Positions 1-9,074 of a stretch of DNA of 64,000 bases are shown piece by piece. The DNA is from Abditibacterium sp. Its GTDB lineage: Bacteria; Armatimonadota; Abditibacteriia; Abditibacteriales; Abditibacteriaceae. The first letter of the stretch is position 1. Every line of letters starts with the position of its first letter. Below the pieces are notes generated by a model. That model made no database searches. It was not told the DNA's origin and saw only the letters and a program-made list of their open reading frames with translations. Location: the NCBI GenBank assembly GCA_965246885.1, contig OZ251992.1:3072001-3136000 (forward strand), read 5' to 3'. The translations under genes were made by a program, and so were the position numbers.

Positions 1-232
1 CCCACGCGGGCACTTCAACGGCGTCGCCCGCGCGCAACGTGGTTTTAGCCTTGACAAGTTGGCCATTGAGCGTCGCGCTTTCCAATAGCTTCTGGGCGCG
101 CGCGCGGGACACATGGAGCTTGGCGCTTAAAAAAGCGTCAACGCGCGTGCCGACGTCACCCGCGCCAACGTGGAAAACTGCGCCCCCTGTGAAATCTTCT
201 TCCGCGTCTTCGACGTTCAAATCTTCGTTCAT
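1..232 (-). CDS. RluA/RluD-family pseudouridine synthase, N-terminal S4-like part (partial, runs off window start)
   Basis: Manual translation from ATG at 232: MNEDLNVEDAEEDFTGGAVFHVGAGDVGTRVDAFLSAKLHVSRARAQKLLESATLNGQLVKAKTTLRAGDAVEV. This fits the S4 pattern R.D.FL...SR..AQKL...NG...K...L..GD.V. Not in the ORF track because it has no stop inside the window. Confidence 0.75.
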   Translation of the reverse strand, partial: MNEDLNVEDAEEDFTGGAVFHVGAGDVGTRVDAFLSAKLHVSRARAQKLLESATLNGQLVKAKTTLRAGDAVEVPAW

Positions 233-242
233 AACCCTCAGT

Positions 243-920
243 GTGTGCGCTTTGCTCGCGGCATCGGCGGCGGCGCAACCCAAAGCGGGAACGTTCGTGG
301 TCTGCATAGACCCCGGCCACCCGTCGGAAACCGCGCGCGGCGCCTCGGCGAACGGTCTGGTGGAAAACCACCTCAATTGGGTCGTCGCGGTCAAATTGGC
401 CAAGCGCCTCAACGCGCTGGGCGTTCCCTTCGTGTCCACGAAGAGGCGCGAAAACCAACTGGTGACGAACCGGGAACGGGCGGAAATCGCCAACCGCGCG
501 GGCGCGGCGCTCCTCATTCGCTTGCACTGCGACGCCGGGAGCGGGAGCGGCTTTAGCTGGTATTATCCCGACCGCGCGGGTCGCAAATACGGCGTCACCG
601 GCCCCTCGCGGCAAGTACAAGGGTGGAGCAAGGAGGCGGCCTACACCCTGAATGAGGCGATGAAGCCGGTTTTGCGCGGCTCGCTGTCGGCGGGGAGCGT
701 CAAGACCGACGCGGCGACGGGCGTGGGCGGCAAGCAGGGCGGCGTGCTCACGGGTTCGATTTTCTCCAAAGTCCCGACGGCGCTGATTGAGATGTGTTTC
801 ATCACCAACCGCCGCGACGCGCGCTTCATCGCGTCCGAGAAGGGGCAGGACAAGATGGCCGAAGCGTTGGCGGCAGGAATTGTGGCGTGGCGCGCGCGCT
901 GGCAGTCGGAAGCGCACTGA
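243..920 (+). CDS. N-acetylmuramoyl-L-alanine amidase (Amidase_3)
   Basis: IDPGH, E-N, LHCD and ALIEMCFITN motifs. Start moved from 39 to GTG 243 because of the divergent gene ending at 232; exact start uncertain. Confidence 0.88.
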   Translation: MCALLAASAAAQPKAGTFVVCIDPGHPSETARGASANGLVENHLNWVVAVKLAKRLNALGVPFVSTKRRENQLVTNRERAEIANRAGAALLIRLHCDAGSGSGFSWYYPDRAGRKYGVTGPSRQVQGWSKEAAYTLNEAMKPVLRGSLSAGSVKTDAATGVGGKQGGVLTGSIFSKVPTALIEMCFITNRRDARFIASEKGQDKMAEALAAGIVAWRARWQSEAH

Positions 921-1040
921 ACGGCGAAAATTAAGGGAAAAAACGGTCGCGCGGCGGGACGGTTTTCGTTACAATAAGAGGCACGTCATTGTGCAATGTT
1001 TCTCTCAAGGAGCATCGCTGTCAATGCGCGTTCAATGACC

Positions 1041-1769
1041 ATGAAAACATCCCACGTCGCACCCGCACTTTTGGCGCTTTCCCTTGCAACAGCCCCCGTG
1101 TGGGCGGCGCCGCACCTCTTGATGAACGGTCACACCGTCTCGACCAAGGTCGAGACGCTTAACGGGAGGGCCTACGTTCCCTTGGCCGACATCGCGCGGG
1201 CATTGGGTCTGGTCGTGGTGAAGGTGGATGGCGGTTACGAACTCAAAAAGCCGGGCGGGGCGTCGCCCATTCGGGGCGTGACGCAGGGCAAAATCGGCGA
1301 TGTGTTGTTCGATGGCAGTTGGAGGTTCCAAGTCACGAGCATTGGGACGCCCAACTCGTTCACCATGAAAACGCCCGCCGATTATTCCGACAACGGCGGC
1401 ACAACGCAGTTCGACCCGAAGACGCGCACCTTTGTGGCGAGCAACAATTACCGGCTCGTTGTGTTGCAGTGCCGCGTCACCAACGCCATGCAGTCCAAGC
1501 GCACGCTGTGGACGGCGCTCACCGACGCGACGACACACACGGCGCTCACCGATCAGGACGGCGGCTCGCATCCGCCCGTCGCCTTCGATTTCGAGGGCGG
1601 CACCATCCAATCGAAGCCGCTCGTTCCCGGCGAAATTCTGCGCTTTCCCATGCTGTTTAGCGTGCCGCAAGACGCGCGCGTTACGGGCCTCATCTTCACG
1701 CTGAAGGACAACCAAACAGATCTGCCCGCGCGCGATGTGCGCGTCTCGCTCCGCCTCCCGGCGCAATAA
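1041..1769 (+). CDS. Secreted hypothetical protein with N-terminal copper-amine-oxidase-like (stalk) domain and C-terminal beta-rich domain
   Basis: Signal peptide ending AxA; NGRAYVPLADIARALG motif typical of stalk domains. Confidence 0.65.
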   Translation: MKTSHVAPALLALSLATAPVWAAPHLLMNGHTVSTKVETLNGRAYVPLADIARALGLVVVKVDGGYELKKPGGASPIRGVTQGKIGDVLFDGSWRFQVTSIGTPNSFTMKTPADYSDNGGTTQFDPKTRTFVASNNYRLVVLQCRVTNAMQSKRTLWTALTDATTHTALTDQDGGSHPPVAFDFEGGTIQSKPLVPGEILRFPMLFSVPQDARVTGLIFTLKDNQTDLPARDVRVSLRLPAQ

Positions 1770-1847
1770 CAAACTGCCGCACCGCCGCGCCGCCACTCAA
1801 GCGGACACCACTTGCTGTCACCCAATCAGAACGTTCTTTACGACACC

Positions 1848-3650
1848 ATGAAACACTTCGCTTTCAAGACAGTATTGGCCGTCATCGCCGCCCTGTTGCT
1901 CGGCGGTGCGCCCGCCGCGCGCGCCCAACTGCAATCGTTTCCCGGCGGCGTGACGCTGCTCACGCGCCAATTTGACCCGGCGCACCCCGACCAGAGCATC
2001 CTCAAGCCGGTCTATGGCGACCCGACGCTGCTACGTCAGGTGGTCAACTCGGCGTGGCAAGCGTCGCGCGCCTCCATTGCCGACCAAATCATCGCCCAGA
2101 TGGGCAAAAGCGACTCCATTTCCAAGGGCGTTACGCCCTATGACATCGTGTGCCGGATGGGTGAGCCGGGCGATTTGAGCGTGAAGCCGGGGGCCTACCC
2201 CAATGGCTCGTCGCTGGAGATGCAGTATCTGGTGCGCGGCAACTCCATCGAGTTCACCACCACGCAGCCCACCGCCGCAGGCAAATGGGCCGACCCACGC
2301 TTTTCGTGTGATTACGACCTTGGCCTGACGCTTTCAGTCACGTTTGGCGATCCGGCGGTTCCCATCCGGGTGACGAGCGTCAAAGCGCAGATTTCCAACG
2401 CCAAGCTCGACTCGCACGGGCTGATTGCCGACCTCGTGTTCGTCGGCAACGCCGTGACGAAGATGTTCGGTTCCGATTATATCAAGCGCGCGCAAAACGC
2501 GGTCAACGGCAAGAACTTCGACTTCACCCGCCAACTCAACGACGGCCTCGCGCCTTTCAACGCGCTGTTGGGGCAGTATGGCGCGCAGGGTTACTCGCTT
2601 GTGGACTCGGCTCTCAACGCCGCGAATGGCGCGCTTCCGGGCGGTTTGAGTCCGCGCTCCTTGCCGGGGATGACGCCAAACGGCCCGCAGTTGCTGATGT
2701 ACCTGAGCAAGGACGGGAACATCCCGACGACGGGCCGGGGCCAAATTAGCGGCGCCATTCGCTGGAAGAAGACCATCGGCGAACCCATCGCTGTCCGCCA
2801 AAATCATCGCCCGATTCTGGGCAGCCTGAACGTGATGCACCCGTTCGCGCGCGGCTTTCGGATTCGTGCCGTCGCGCAGTCGGGCTTTGCGCGCGAGGGG
2901 ATGTTTTTGCCGCCCATGACACAGGTCGGCAAACTGCAAAGCGCTACGCTCGATCAACCCTCGCCGGGACGGGATGGCACGCCGGGAACTGGCGACGAGT
3001 ATGTGTTGCGTTATACCATCGGCGACTTGCCGATTGGCATCCCGATGAAAGTCGAGGTCTCGCTGTCGGATGCGACTTGGAGCGGCGACATCGGCGCCAA
3101 TGTGTCGCGCGGCGTCGGCCCGACCGATTGGGAGGGCGTCATCACGCTCAAGCCCGGCATTCGACTTTCTGATATGGTCACGAACTCCACGAGCATCGGC
3201 ATGCACAGCGACATGAGCGACATCCTGCGCTCTACAACTCCGGCGGCTGGCAGAACGGGCGGCGAGCGGAGCATCATTATCATCGGCGGCAAAACCGCGA
3301 AAAACCGACTGGGGCGCATCCGCATCCCCGGCGCGGCGAACTCTGGGGGCGACACGGTTTCGCTCAACCCGCAGCCTCTCCCGCCCGAACCCAACCCCAA
3401 CATCGCCCTCCCGACACGCGGCGGCACCATCAAGATGGGCAAGCTCGGCGGCGTTCGCTCGCAACTGGGCAGCGCGGGCATCGGCTCCCTTTTCCCCAAG
3501 GGGAGCGACTCCATTGGCATCCATTCGGGCGCGGAAGATTTGGCGAATGTAATAGCGAACATTCCCAAACCGAAGGTCAACAACCCGACGGGCATCTTGT
3601 CGGTGGGGGATATAGATTTCGAGGTCGGCACCTTCGCGGGGCCGCGCTAA
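1848..3650 (+). CDS. Large secreted hypothetical protein
   Basis: Signal peptide MKHFAFK...AARA. Long ORF with GC3-rich codons and a low-complexity C-terminus carrying SIIIIGGK and SLNPQPLPP. Confidence 0.75.
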   Translation: MKHFAFKTVLAVIAALLLGGAPAARAQLQSFPGGVTLLTRQFDPAHPDQSILKPVYGDPTLLRQVVNSAWQASRASIADQIIAQMGKSDSISKGVTPYDIVCRMGEPGDLSVKPGAYPNGSSLEMQYLVRGNSIEFTTTQPTAAGKWADPRFSCDYDLGLTLSVTFGDPAVPIRVTSVKAQISNAKLDSHGLIADLVFVGNAVTKMFGSDYIKRAQNAVNGKNFDFTRQLNDGLAPFNALLGQYGAQGYSLVDSALNAANGALPGGLSPRSLPGMTPNGPQLLMYLSKDGNIPTTGRGQISGAIRWKKTIGEPIAVRQNHRPILGSLNVMHPFARGFRIRAVAQSGFAREGMFLPPMTQVGKLQSATLDQPSPGRDGTPGTGDEYVLRYTIGDLPIGIPMKVEVSLSDATWSGDIGANVSRGVGPTDWEGVITLKPGIRLSDMVTNSTSIGMHSDMSDILRSTTPAAGRTGGERSIIIIGGKTAKNRLGRIRIPGAANSGGDTVSLNPQPLPPEPNPNIALPTRGGTIKMGKLGGVRSQLGSAGIGSLFPKGSDSIGIHSGAEDLANVIANIPKPKVNNPTGILSVGDIDFEVGTFAGPR

Positions 3651-3674
3651 ACATCGGGCACTTTGCCAACGACC

Positions 3675-4748
3675 ATGACCACCCACTTCTCGCGCGCGCG
3701 TGCGCTTTCTCTCGCGCTGTTTTTCTGCCTTGGCACACCGCTTCTCGTTCGTCCCGCCCGTGCTGCCATGAGTGCGGTGACGGTGGATAACACCGTGACG
3801 AGCCAACCGTTCCGCGCGTATTTTGTGCGCGGCGTTTATCAGAAACTCGTCGGGCGCGCACCGACGGCGACCGAAGCCGCGCCGCTTATCACCCAACTGG
3901 GCGGGGGCGCCAAGGGGTGGCAGAACGTCGTTGTCGCCGTCGCGGGGTCGCCCCTCTATTTCCAGAAGACCGGCGGGACAAATGCGCTGTTCGTGGGCCG
4001 CTTATTTCAGGACTTGGTGGGGCGCGCGCCGGACGCCACCGAGGAAACGCCTGCTGCGCTGGACTTTCTGAAGGACGGCACGCGCGATGGGTTGGCGGCG
4101 GTCGTTGCCGATACGCCGGAGTGCCGCGCGCATTGGGTGCAGTTCCTGTATGGGGCGCTTTTGAACCGCCCTGCGACCGACCTCGAAGCCACGAGCGGCT
4201 CCGCGACTCTCGAAGGGGGTGGGATGGATGAGTTGGCAGCGTCTCTTTTGTCCTCGCCGGAGTTTTGGAAAGCGAGCGGCAAGTCGCAAAGCGGTTGGAC
4301 GCAACGGGTGAACCAACTCCTGACGGACGCCCCGGCGTCCGATGATGGCATGGGCGGCATGACGGGCGACCCAACGCTCCCCACTTCCCTGCCCGCCAGC
4401 TACCCGGCGAACAACAGCCGCGCGCCGATGGTGCAAGCCCTGCTGAGTAGCCCCGAATACTCCGCCAATGTGCTGCGCACCCTCTACCAGAAATACTTGC
4501 ACCGCGCGCCGACGCCTGCCGAACTGCAAAGCGCGGGCGCTGGTGCGTCGGTTGACCAGATAACGATGAGCCTTCTGACAAGCGACGAGTATTTCAACCG
4601 CGCGGGCGGCACCACGACGGCGTATCTCAACCGCTTATCCAAGGACTTGCTCGGCAAAGCGGGCGGCAGCACGTCCATCACGGACGGCTTGCCCTCGACG
4701 GGCGACTTACTCGACTTGTGGCACAAACTGCCGCACCGCAAGAAATAG
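3675..4748 (+). CDS. Secreted DUF4214-like repeat protein
   Basis: Signal peptide and repeated 'Y..LLGR.PD/T...' with 'L.S.EY/F' units characteristic of DUF4214. Confidence 0.72.
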   Translation: MTTHFSRARALSLALFFCLGTPLLVRPARAAMSAVTVDNTVTSQPFRAYFVRGVYQKLVGRAPTATEAAPLITQLGGGAKGWQNVVVAVAGSPLYFQKTGGTNALFVGRLFQDLVGRAPDATEETPAALDFLKDGTRDGLAAVVADTPECRAHWVQFLYGALLNRPATDLEATSGSATLEGGGMDELAASLLSSPEFWKASGKSQSGWTQRVNQLLTDAPASDDGMGGMTGDPTLPTSLPASYPANNSRAPMVQALLSSPEYSANVLRTLYQKYLHRAPTPAELQSAGAGASVDQITMSLLTSDEYFNRAGGTTTAYLNRLSKDLLGKAGGSTSITDGLPSTGDLLDLWHKLPHRKK

Positions 4749-4802
4749 GCGTTCAGGGGGCACCCGAACGGAGCGCGCCGCTCGGCGTTCGTCTCTTGTT
4801 GC

Positions 4803-7121
4803 ATGAAAGAAGCACCGCCAGTCGCCACCGCGTTACCCCTTGGGGGTGAGGTGGCGCGCGCCGAGTTGCCCCTGCTTGGCATGCACTGCGCGGCGTGCGC
4901 GGGTCGGGTGGAGCGGGCACTTGGCAAGGCGGCGGGCGTCCAAGAAGCGAGCGTGAACTTTGCCACGACGCGCGCAAGCGTCGCCTTCGACCCGGCGCAA
5001 ACCGATGTTCTCGCGCTCCGCGCCGCCATTCAAAAGGCGGGTTACGACGCCATCGTGGTGGAAGCGCCGACACCCGCCGAGGACGCTAAAGCGCCCGCAG
5101 AATCGCTCGAAGACGCCGAGGAAGCGGCGCGCGCGCGGGAGTATGCGCGGCAACGGGCGCGCTTTTGGGCGGCTCTCGCGCTTACGCTACCCGTTGCGGC
5201 GTTGGCGATGGGCGGGCACTTGTTGCCGTCATTGGAGCAAACGCTCGACTTTCCGGCGCGGCCTTGGATAGAGATGTTGCTGACGGCGGCGGTGCTGTTT
5301 GGGGCGGGGCGGGAGTTTTTCGTGGGCGCGTGGAGCGCAGCCAAGCAACGCACCGCCGATATGAACACCCTCGTGGCGATGGGCACCTTTGCGGCCTTTG
5401 CGCTCAGCGTCGCGGCGACGGTCGGGCCGCGCGCGTTCATCGAGAGGGGCGCAATGACGGACTCGGACATGTACCCGATGAGCGCGCCCGTGTATTATGA
5501 AACGGCGGCGATTATCATTACGCTCATCTTGATGGGCCGTTTGCTGGAAGCGCGGGCGAGGGCGCAAACCGGAAGCGCGATACGGGCGCTCCGCGAATTG
5601 GGCGCCAAGGTCGCGCGCGTCGAACGGGACGGGCGAGAGGTCGAAGTGCCGCTCGCTCAGGTGCGCGTGGGCGACATCGTGCTGGTGCGACCGGGCGAGA
5701 AGGTGCCGGTGGACGGCGGCGTCGTCGCGGGGTCGTCGCACGTGGACGAGTCCATGCTGTCGGGCGAAGCGGCGCCCGTTCGCAAGGGCGCGGGGGACGC
5801 GGTGATTGGCGCGACGCTCAACGGCGAAGGCGCTTTTCGCTTCCGCGCGACGCGGGTGGGCGCCGACACGACGTTAGCGGGCATCGTGCGCATGGTGCAA
5901 AGCGCGCAAGGCTCCAAAGCGCCCATTCAACACCTTGCCGACCGCGTCGCGGCGGTTTTTGTGCCGGTTGTGTTGGGGATAGCGCTCCTCACGTTTGGCG
6001 TGTGGATGCTGGCTGCGCCCGCGTCGCACCGCTTGCAATTCGCGCTGCTGACGAGCGTGTCCGTTTTAGTCATCGCGTGCCCCTGCGCGTTGGGTTTAGC
6101 GACGCCAACGGCGCTGGTCGTGGGCACGGGGCGCGGCGCGGCGAGCGGGATTCTGGTCAAAAACGGCGCGGCGCTGGAGATGGCGCACCGCGTGACGACG
6201 GTTGTCTTCGATAAGACGGGCACCCTCACGCAGGGCAAGCCGAGCGTGCTCCAGATAGAAGGCGCGGACTGGCGTTGGCTACCGATGCTATTGGGCGCGG
6301 AGCGGCAAAGCGAGCACCCCTTAGCGGGCGCCATCGCGCGTCATCTCGAAGACCGGGGCGTGCGGGGCGGGGCACCTGATGAGTTCGTGGCGCTGTCCGG
6401 GCGGGGGATTCGGGCAAGTTTTGGGACGCAAACCCTGATCGCGGGCAACGCGCGGCTGATGGAAGAGGAGGGCGTCGCGCTTCCGTCGGAAGCAGTGTTA
6501 GACACGACGCTAACGCCCGTTTGGGTGGCGCTTGATGGGCACTTCGTCGGGGCGTTGGGGTTGGCCGATGCGCTCAAACCCACATCGCGCGCCGCCGTCG
6601 AGCGGTTGCAAGGGTTGGGGTTGGAAGTTGTGCTGCTCTCCGGCGACAACGCGCAGACGGCGGAGGCTCTCGCGCGGCAAGTCGGCATTTCCCGCGTGTG
6701 GGCGGGTATCCTCCCCGGCGAAAAAGCGGACGTCGTGCGGCAGTTGCAACGGGAAGGCGAGGTGGTGGCGATGGTCGGTGACGGCATCAACGACGCCCCG
6801 GCCTTGGCCCAAGCGGACGTGGGGGTGGCGATGGGAAGCGGGGTGGACGTGGCGCTCGAAGCGGCAGATATTACCCTCGTTGGCGGCGACCTGCACGGCG
6901 TCGCGGCGGCGCTGGCGCTGTCCAAGGCCACAATGCGCACCATCAAGCAGAACCTATTCTGGGCCTTTGCCTTCAACACCCTTGGTATTCCCATCGCGGC
7001 GGGGGTGCTTTATCCGTTCACTGGCTGGCTCCTTTCGCCCGTTCTGGCCAGTGGGCTGATGGCGCTGTCCAGCGTGTTCGTCGTTTCCAACGCGCTGCGT
7101 CTACGCGGCTGGCGGGCTTGA
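4803..7121 (+). CDS. copA: Cu(I)-translocating P1B-type ATPase
   Basis: N-terminal GMHCAAC HMA domain, CPC, DKTGT, SEHP and GDGINDAP motifs. Confidence 0.93.
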   Translation: MKEAPPVATALPLGGEVARAELPLLGMHCAACAGRVERALGKAAGVQEASVNFATTRASVAFDPAQTDVLALRAAIQKAGYDAIVVEAPTPAEDAKAPAESLEDAEEAARAREYARQRARFWAALALTLPVAALAMGGHLLPSLEQTLDFPARPWIEMLLTAAVLFGAGREFFVGAWSAAKQRTADMNTLVAMGTFAAFALSVAATVGPRAFIERGAMTDSDMYPMSAPVYYETAAIIITLILMGRLLEARARAQTGSAIRALRELGAKVARVERDGREVEVPLAQVRVGDIVLVRPGEKVPVDGGVVAGSSHVDESMLSGEAAPVRKGAGDAVIGATLNGEGAFRFRATRVGADTTLAGIVRMVQSAQGSKAPIQHLADRVAAVFVPVVLGIALLTFGVWMLAAPASHRLQFALLTSVSVLVIACPCALGLATPTALVVGTGRGAASGILVKNGAALEMAHRVTTVVFDKTGTLTQGKPSVLQIEGADWRWLPMLLGAERQSEHPLAGAIARHLEDRGVRGGAPDEFVALSGRGIRASFGTQTLIAGNARLMEEEGVALPSEAVLDTTLTPVWVALDGHFVGALGLADALKPTSRAAVERLQGLGLEVVLLSGDNAQTAEALARQVGISRVWAGILPGEKADVVRQLQREGEVVAMVGDGINDAPALAQADVGVAMGSGVDVALEAADITLVGGDLHGVAAALALSKATMRTIKQNLFWAFAFNTLGIPIAAGVLYPFTGWLLSPVLASGLMALSSVFVVSNALRLRGWRA

Positions 7122-7136
7122 GTTGCGCAGTTCCTC

Positions 7137-7553
7137 TCACACTTGCATCAAGATTTGACCGAGCTTGTTCTGCCCCGTGCCCGTGCGTCCGCAACCCCAA
7201 TAGTAGTCAGTGGGCGCGTTCTCGATAAGTTCCTCGTCGCCCGTTCCCAGTAGCAGGGCGCGGGGAATGGCGTGCGTCGTGAACTTACACCGGATGGCGT
7301 CCAGCATCACTTTATTCCGCGTGGTATCCCAATCGGGCAGTATGGGCAGGGCGCGGGTGCGGCCCAGAGCTTTCGCGTCCTTGGGCGTATGGGCGCGGCG
7401 TATGCGTTCGCGGTAGGCGGCGTCGGTGAACTTCTGGGCTTGGAAGTAGTGCTCGACGGTGGGCCAGTAGACGTCGCCCAGTTCGACGCCGTGCGGGGAG
7501 AAGTTCGAGAACTCGAAGTATTCCACCGACTTGGAATAGAAGTAGATCGCCAT
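7137..7553 (-). CDS. NADAR (YbiA-like) family protein, copy 2, C-terminus cut by TGA
   Basis: FSNF, WPTVEHYFQAQKF and YWGCG..G.GQNKLG motifs. The frame continues EELR after the TGA at 7137-7139. Confidence 0.88.
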   Translation of the reverse strand: MAIYFYSKSVEYFEFSNFSPHGVELGDVYWPTVEHYFQAQKFTDAAYRERIRRAHTPKDAKALGRTRALPILPDWDTTRNKVMLDAIRCKFTTHAIPRALLLGTGDEELIENAPTDYYWGCGRTGTGQNKLGQILMQV

Positions 7554-7556
7554 AGT

Positions 7557-7994
7557 TCAACTGCCTCCGAGTTCGGCGCGCAACTCCATGAGCAGTTCGC
7601 CCAATCTGTTCAGCCCATCGCCGCGCGTTCCGCAGCCCCAGTAAGTGTCGCCAGTCGTCTCTTCGATGATGTCTTCGTCGCCCGTCGAGAGCAGTAGTTC
7701 GCGCAGTTCGGGGTGCGCCGTGAACTTGGCGCGGAGGGCGCGGCGCATGGCGTCGTCTTTGACCGCTTCCCAATCGGGGCGCAGTGGAATGGAGCGCGAG
7801 CGGCCCAACTTCGCGGCGTCCATCGGCGCTTTGGCCAGCCGGATTTGCTCACGGTAGCCTTCGTCCGCGAACTTCTGCGCTTGAAAATACGCCTCGGAAG
7901 TCGGCCAGCGTTGCCCGTCGAGGTCGAACGGGTGCGCCGAGAAGTTCGAGAACTCGCCAAACGGTTTCTTGACGGAGTAAAAGCGAATCGCCAT
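7557..7994 (-). CDS. NADAR (YbiA-like) family protein, copy 1
   Basis: FSNF, WPTSEAYFQAQKF and YWGCG...GLNRLGELLMELR motifs. Confidence 0.92.
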   Translation of the reverse strand: MAIRFYSVKKPFGEFSNFSAHPFDLDGQRWPTSEAYFQAQKFADEGYREQIRLAKAPMDAAKLGRSRSIPLRPDWEAVKDDAMRRALRAKFTAHPELRELLLSTGDEDIIEETTGDTYWGCGTRGDGLNRLGELLMELRAELGGS

Positions 7995-8003
7995 AACCCC
8001 AGT

Positions 8004-8921
8004 TTAAATGCGCCCGACTTCGGCCAACAGCGCCTCGACTGCGTCTCGCGTGGGCAAGCCCCGTTGCGCACCGACCACGCGGGCTTTGAGGCTTGCGGCG
8101 GCGTTGGCCCACTGGAGGCGCGTTTCGAGGGGCCAGCCCCATGCGAGGGTGGCGCAATAGACGCCGTGAAAGCAGTCGCCGCAGCCGGTCGTGTCGGCGA
8201 CTTCGGTAGGAAAGCCGGGGAACAGAGCGGCACTACGCCCATTCGTTGTGGCCCACGCCCCCGCTTCGCCGCAGGTGACAATGACGGCTTGACGGTTGGG
8301 GTTCCACAAGGCGCGGGCGCACCCCTGCGGTGAGTCTTCCCCCGTCAAGCGGGCCGCGAAGCCGCTTGATAGGATGAGGTGATCCACGAGCGGGAAGAAC
8401 TCCTCCCACGCCGGGACATCAGTGCGCTCGAAATCGGCGACGACGGGGACACGATGCTTGCGCGCCAACTCGCAGGCGCGCACGTTGCCACTCCCGCCGT
8501 AGTGATCAAGAAACACGCAACGTGAGGCGGCGATTTCCACTTCGGAGGGCGCGTCGGGCGGGGTGCCCAAAAGCGCAGGGCGCTGTAAGAAGATGTTGCG
8601 CGAGTGGTGGGTGGTGTCCACCACGACAAACGCGCGCACTGGCCCCGCGCCTTCGCGCCACGTCACGAGGTCGAGGTCAATGCCCTCGTCTTCCATCAGG
8701 AGCGAGGCGCGCTCGGAGGCGGCGTCAAAGCCAAGCATCCCGGCGTAGGCGCAACTGGCGCCCATGCGCGCGGCGGCAATGAGCGCGGTCGCGCCCAAGC
8801 CGCCGCCCTGCGATTCGAGGCGCTGGATGGGGATTTTGCGGTCGCGGTCGGGCCACTCTTCGACGTAGATTAGCTCGTCCAAGGCGGTGCAGCCAAAGCC
8901 CAACACATCGCGGGTTTTCAT
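8004..8921 (-). CDS. PfkB family carbohydrate kinase
   Basis: N-terminal GGG motif and DTTGCGDCF signature. Confidence 0.9.
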   Translation of the reverse strand: MKTRDVLGFGCTALDELIYVEEWPDRDRKIPIQRLESQGGGLGATALIAAARMGASCAYAGMLGFDAASERASLLMEDEGIDLDLVTWREGAGPVRAFVVVDTTHHSRNIFLQRPALLGTPPDAPSEVEIAASRCVFLDHYGGSGNVRACELARKHRVPVVADFERTDVPAWEEFFPLVDHLILSSGFAARLTGEDSPQGCARALWNPNRQAVIVTCGEAGAWATTNGRSAALFPGFPTEVADTTGCGDCFHGVYCATLAWGWPLETRLQWANAAASLKARVVGAQRGLPTRDAVEALLAEVGRI

Positions 8922-8962
8922 GGTTATCAGGGGACGTGCGTCCTTTCAATCATGCTTTGATG

Positions 8963-9061
8963 CCCAGCGACTGAAGTCGCGGACAACTCATGCTGCACTT
9001 CCAATTTCCAGCCTCCGCAGGGAGGCTTCGCTGTGGGTTGCCCGCGACTTCAGTCGCTGGG
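8963..9061. repeat. REP/REPIN-like inverted-repeat element
   Basis: CCCAGCGACTGAAGTCGCGGACAAC (8963-8987) matches the reverse complement of 9037-9061 at 24/25 positions. Each arm is itself palindromic (GCGACT-GA-AGTCGC) and there is an internal GCCTCC-GCAG-GGAGGC hairpin. Confidence 0.8.
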
Positions 9062-9074
9062 GTGGGGTAAGAAT

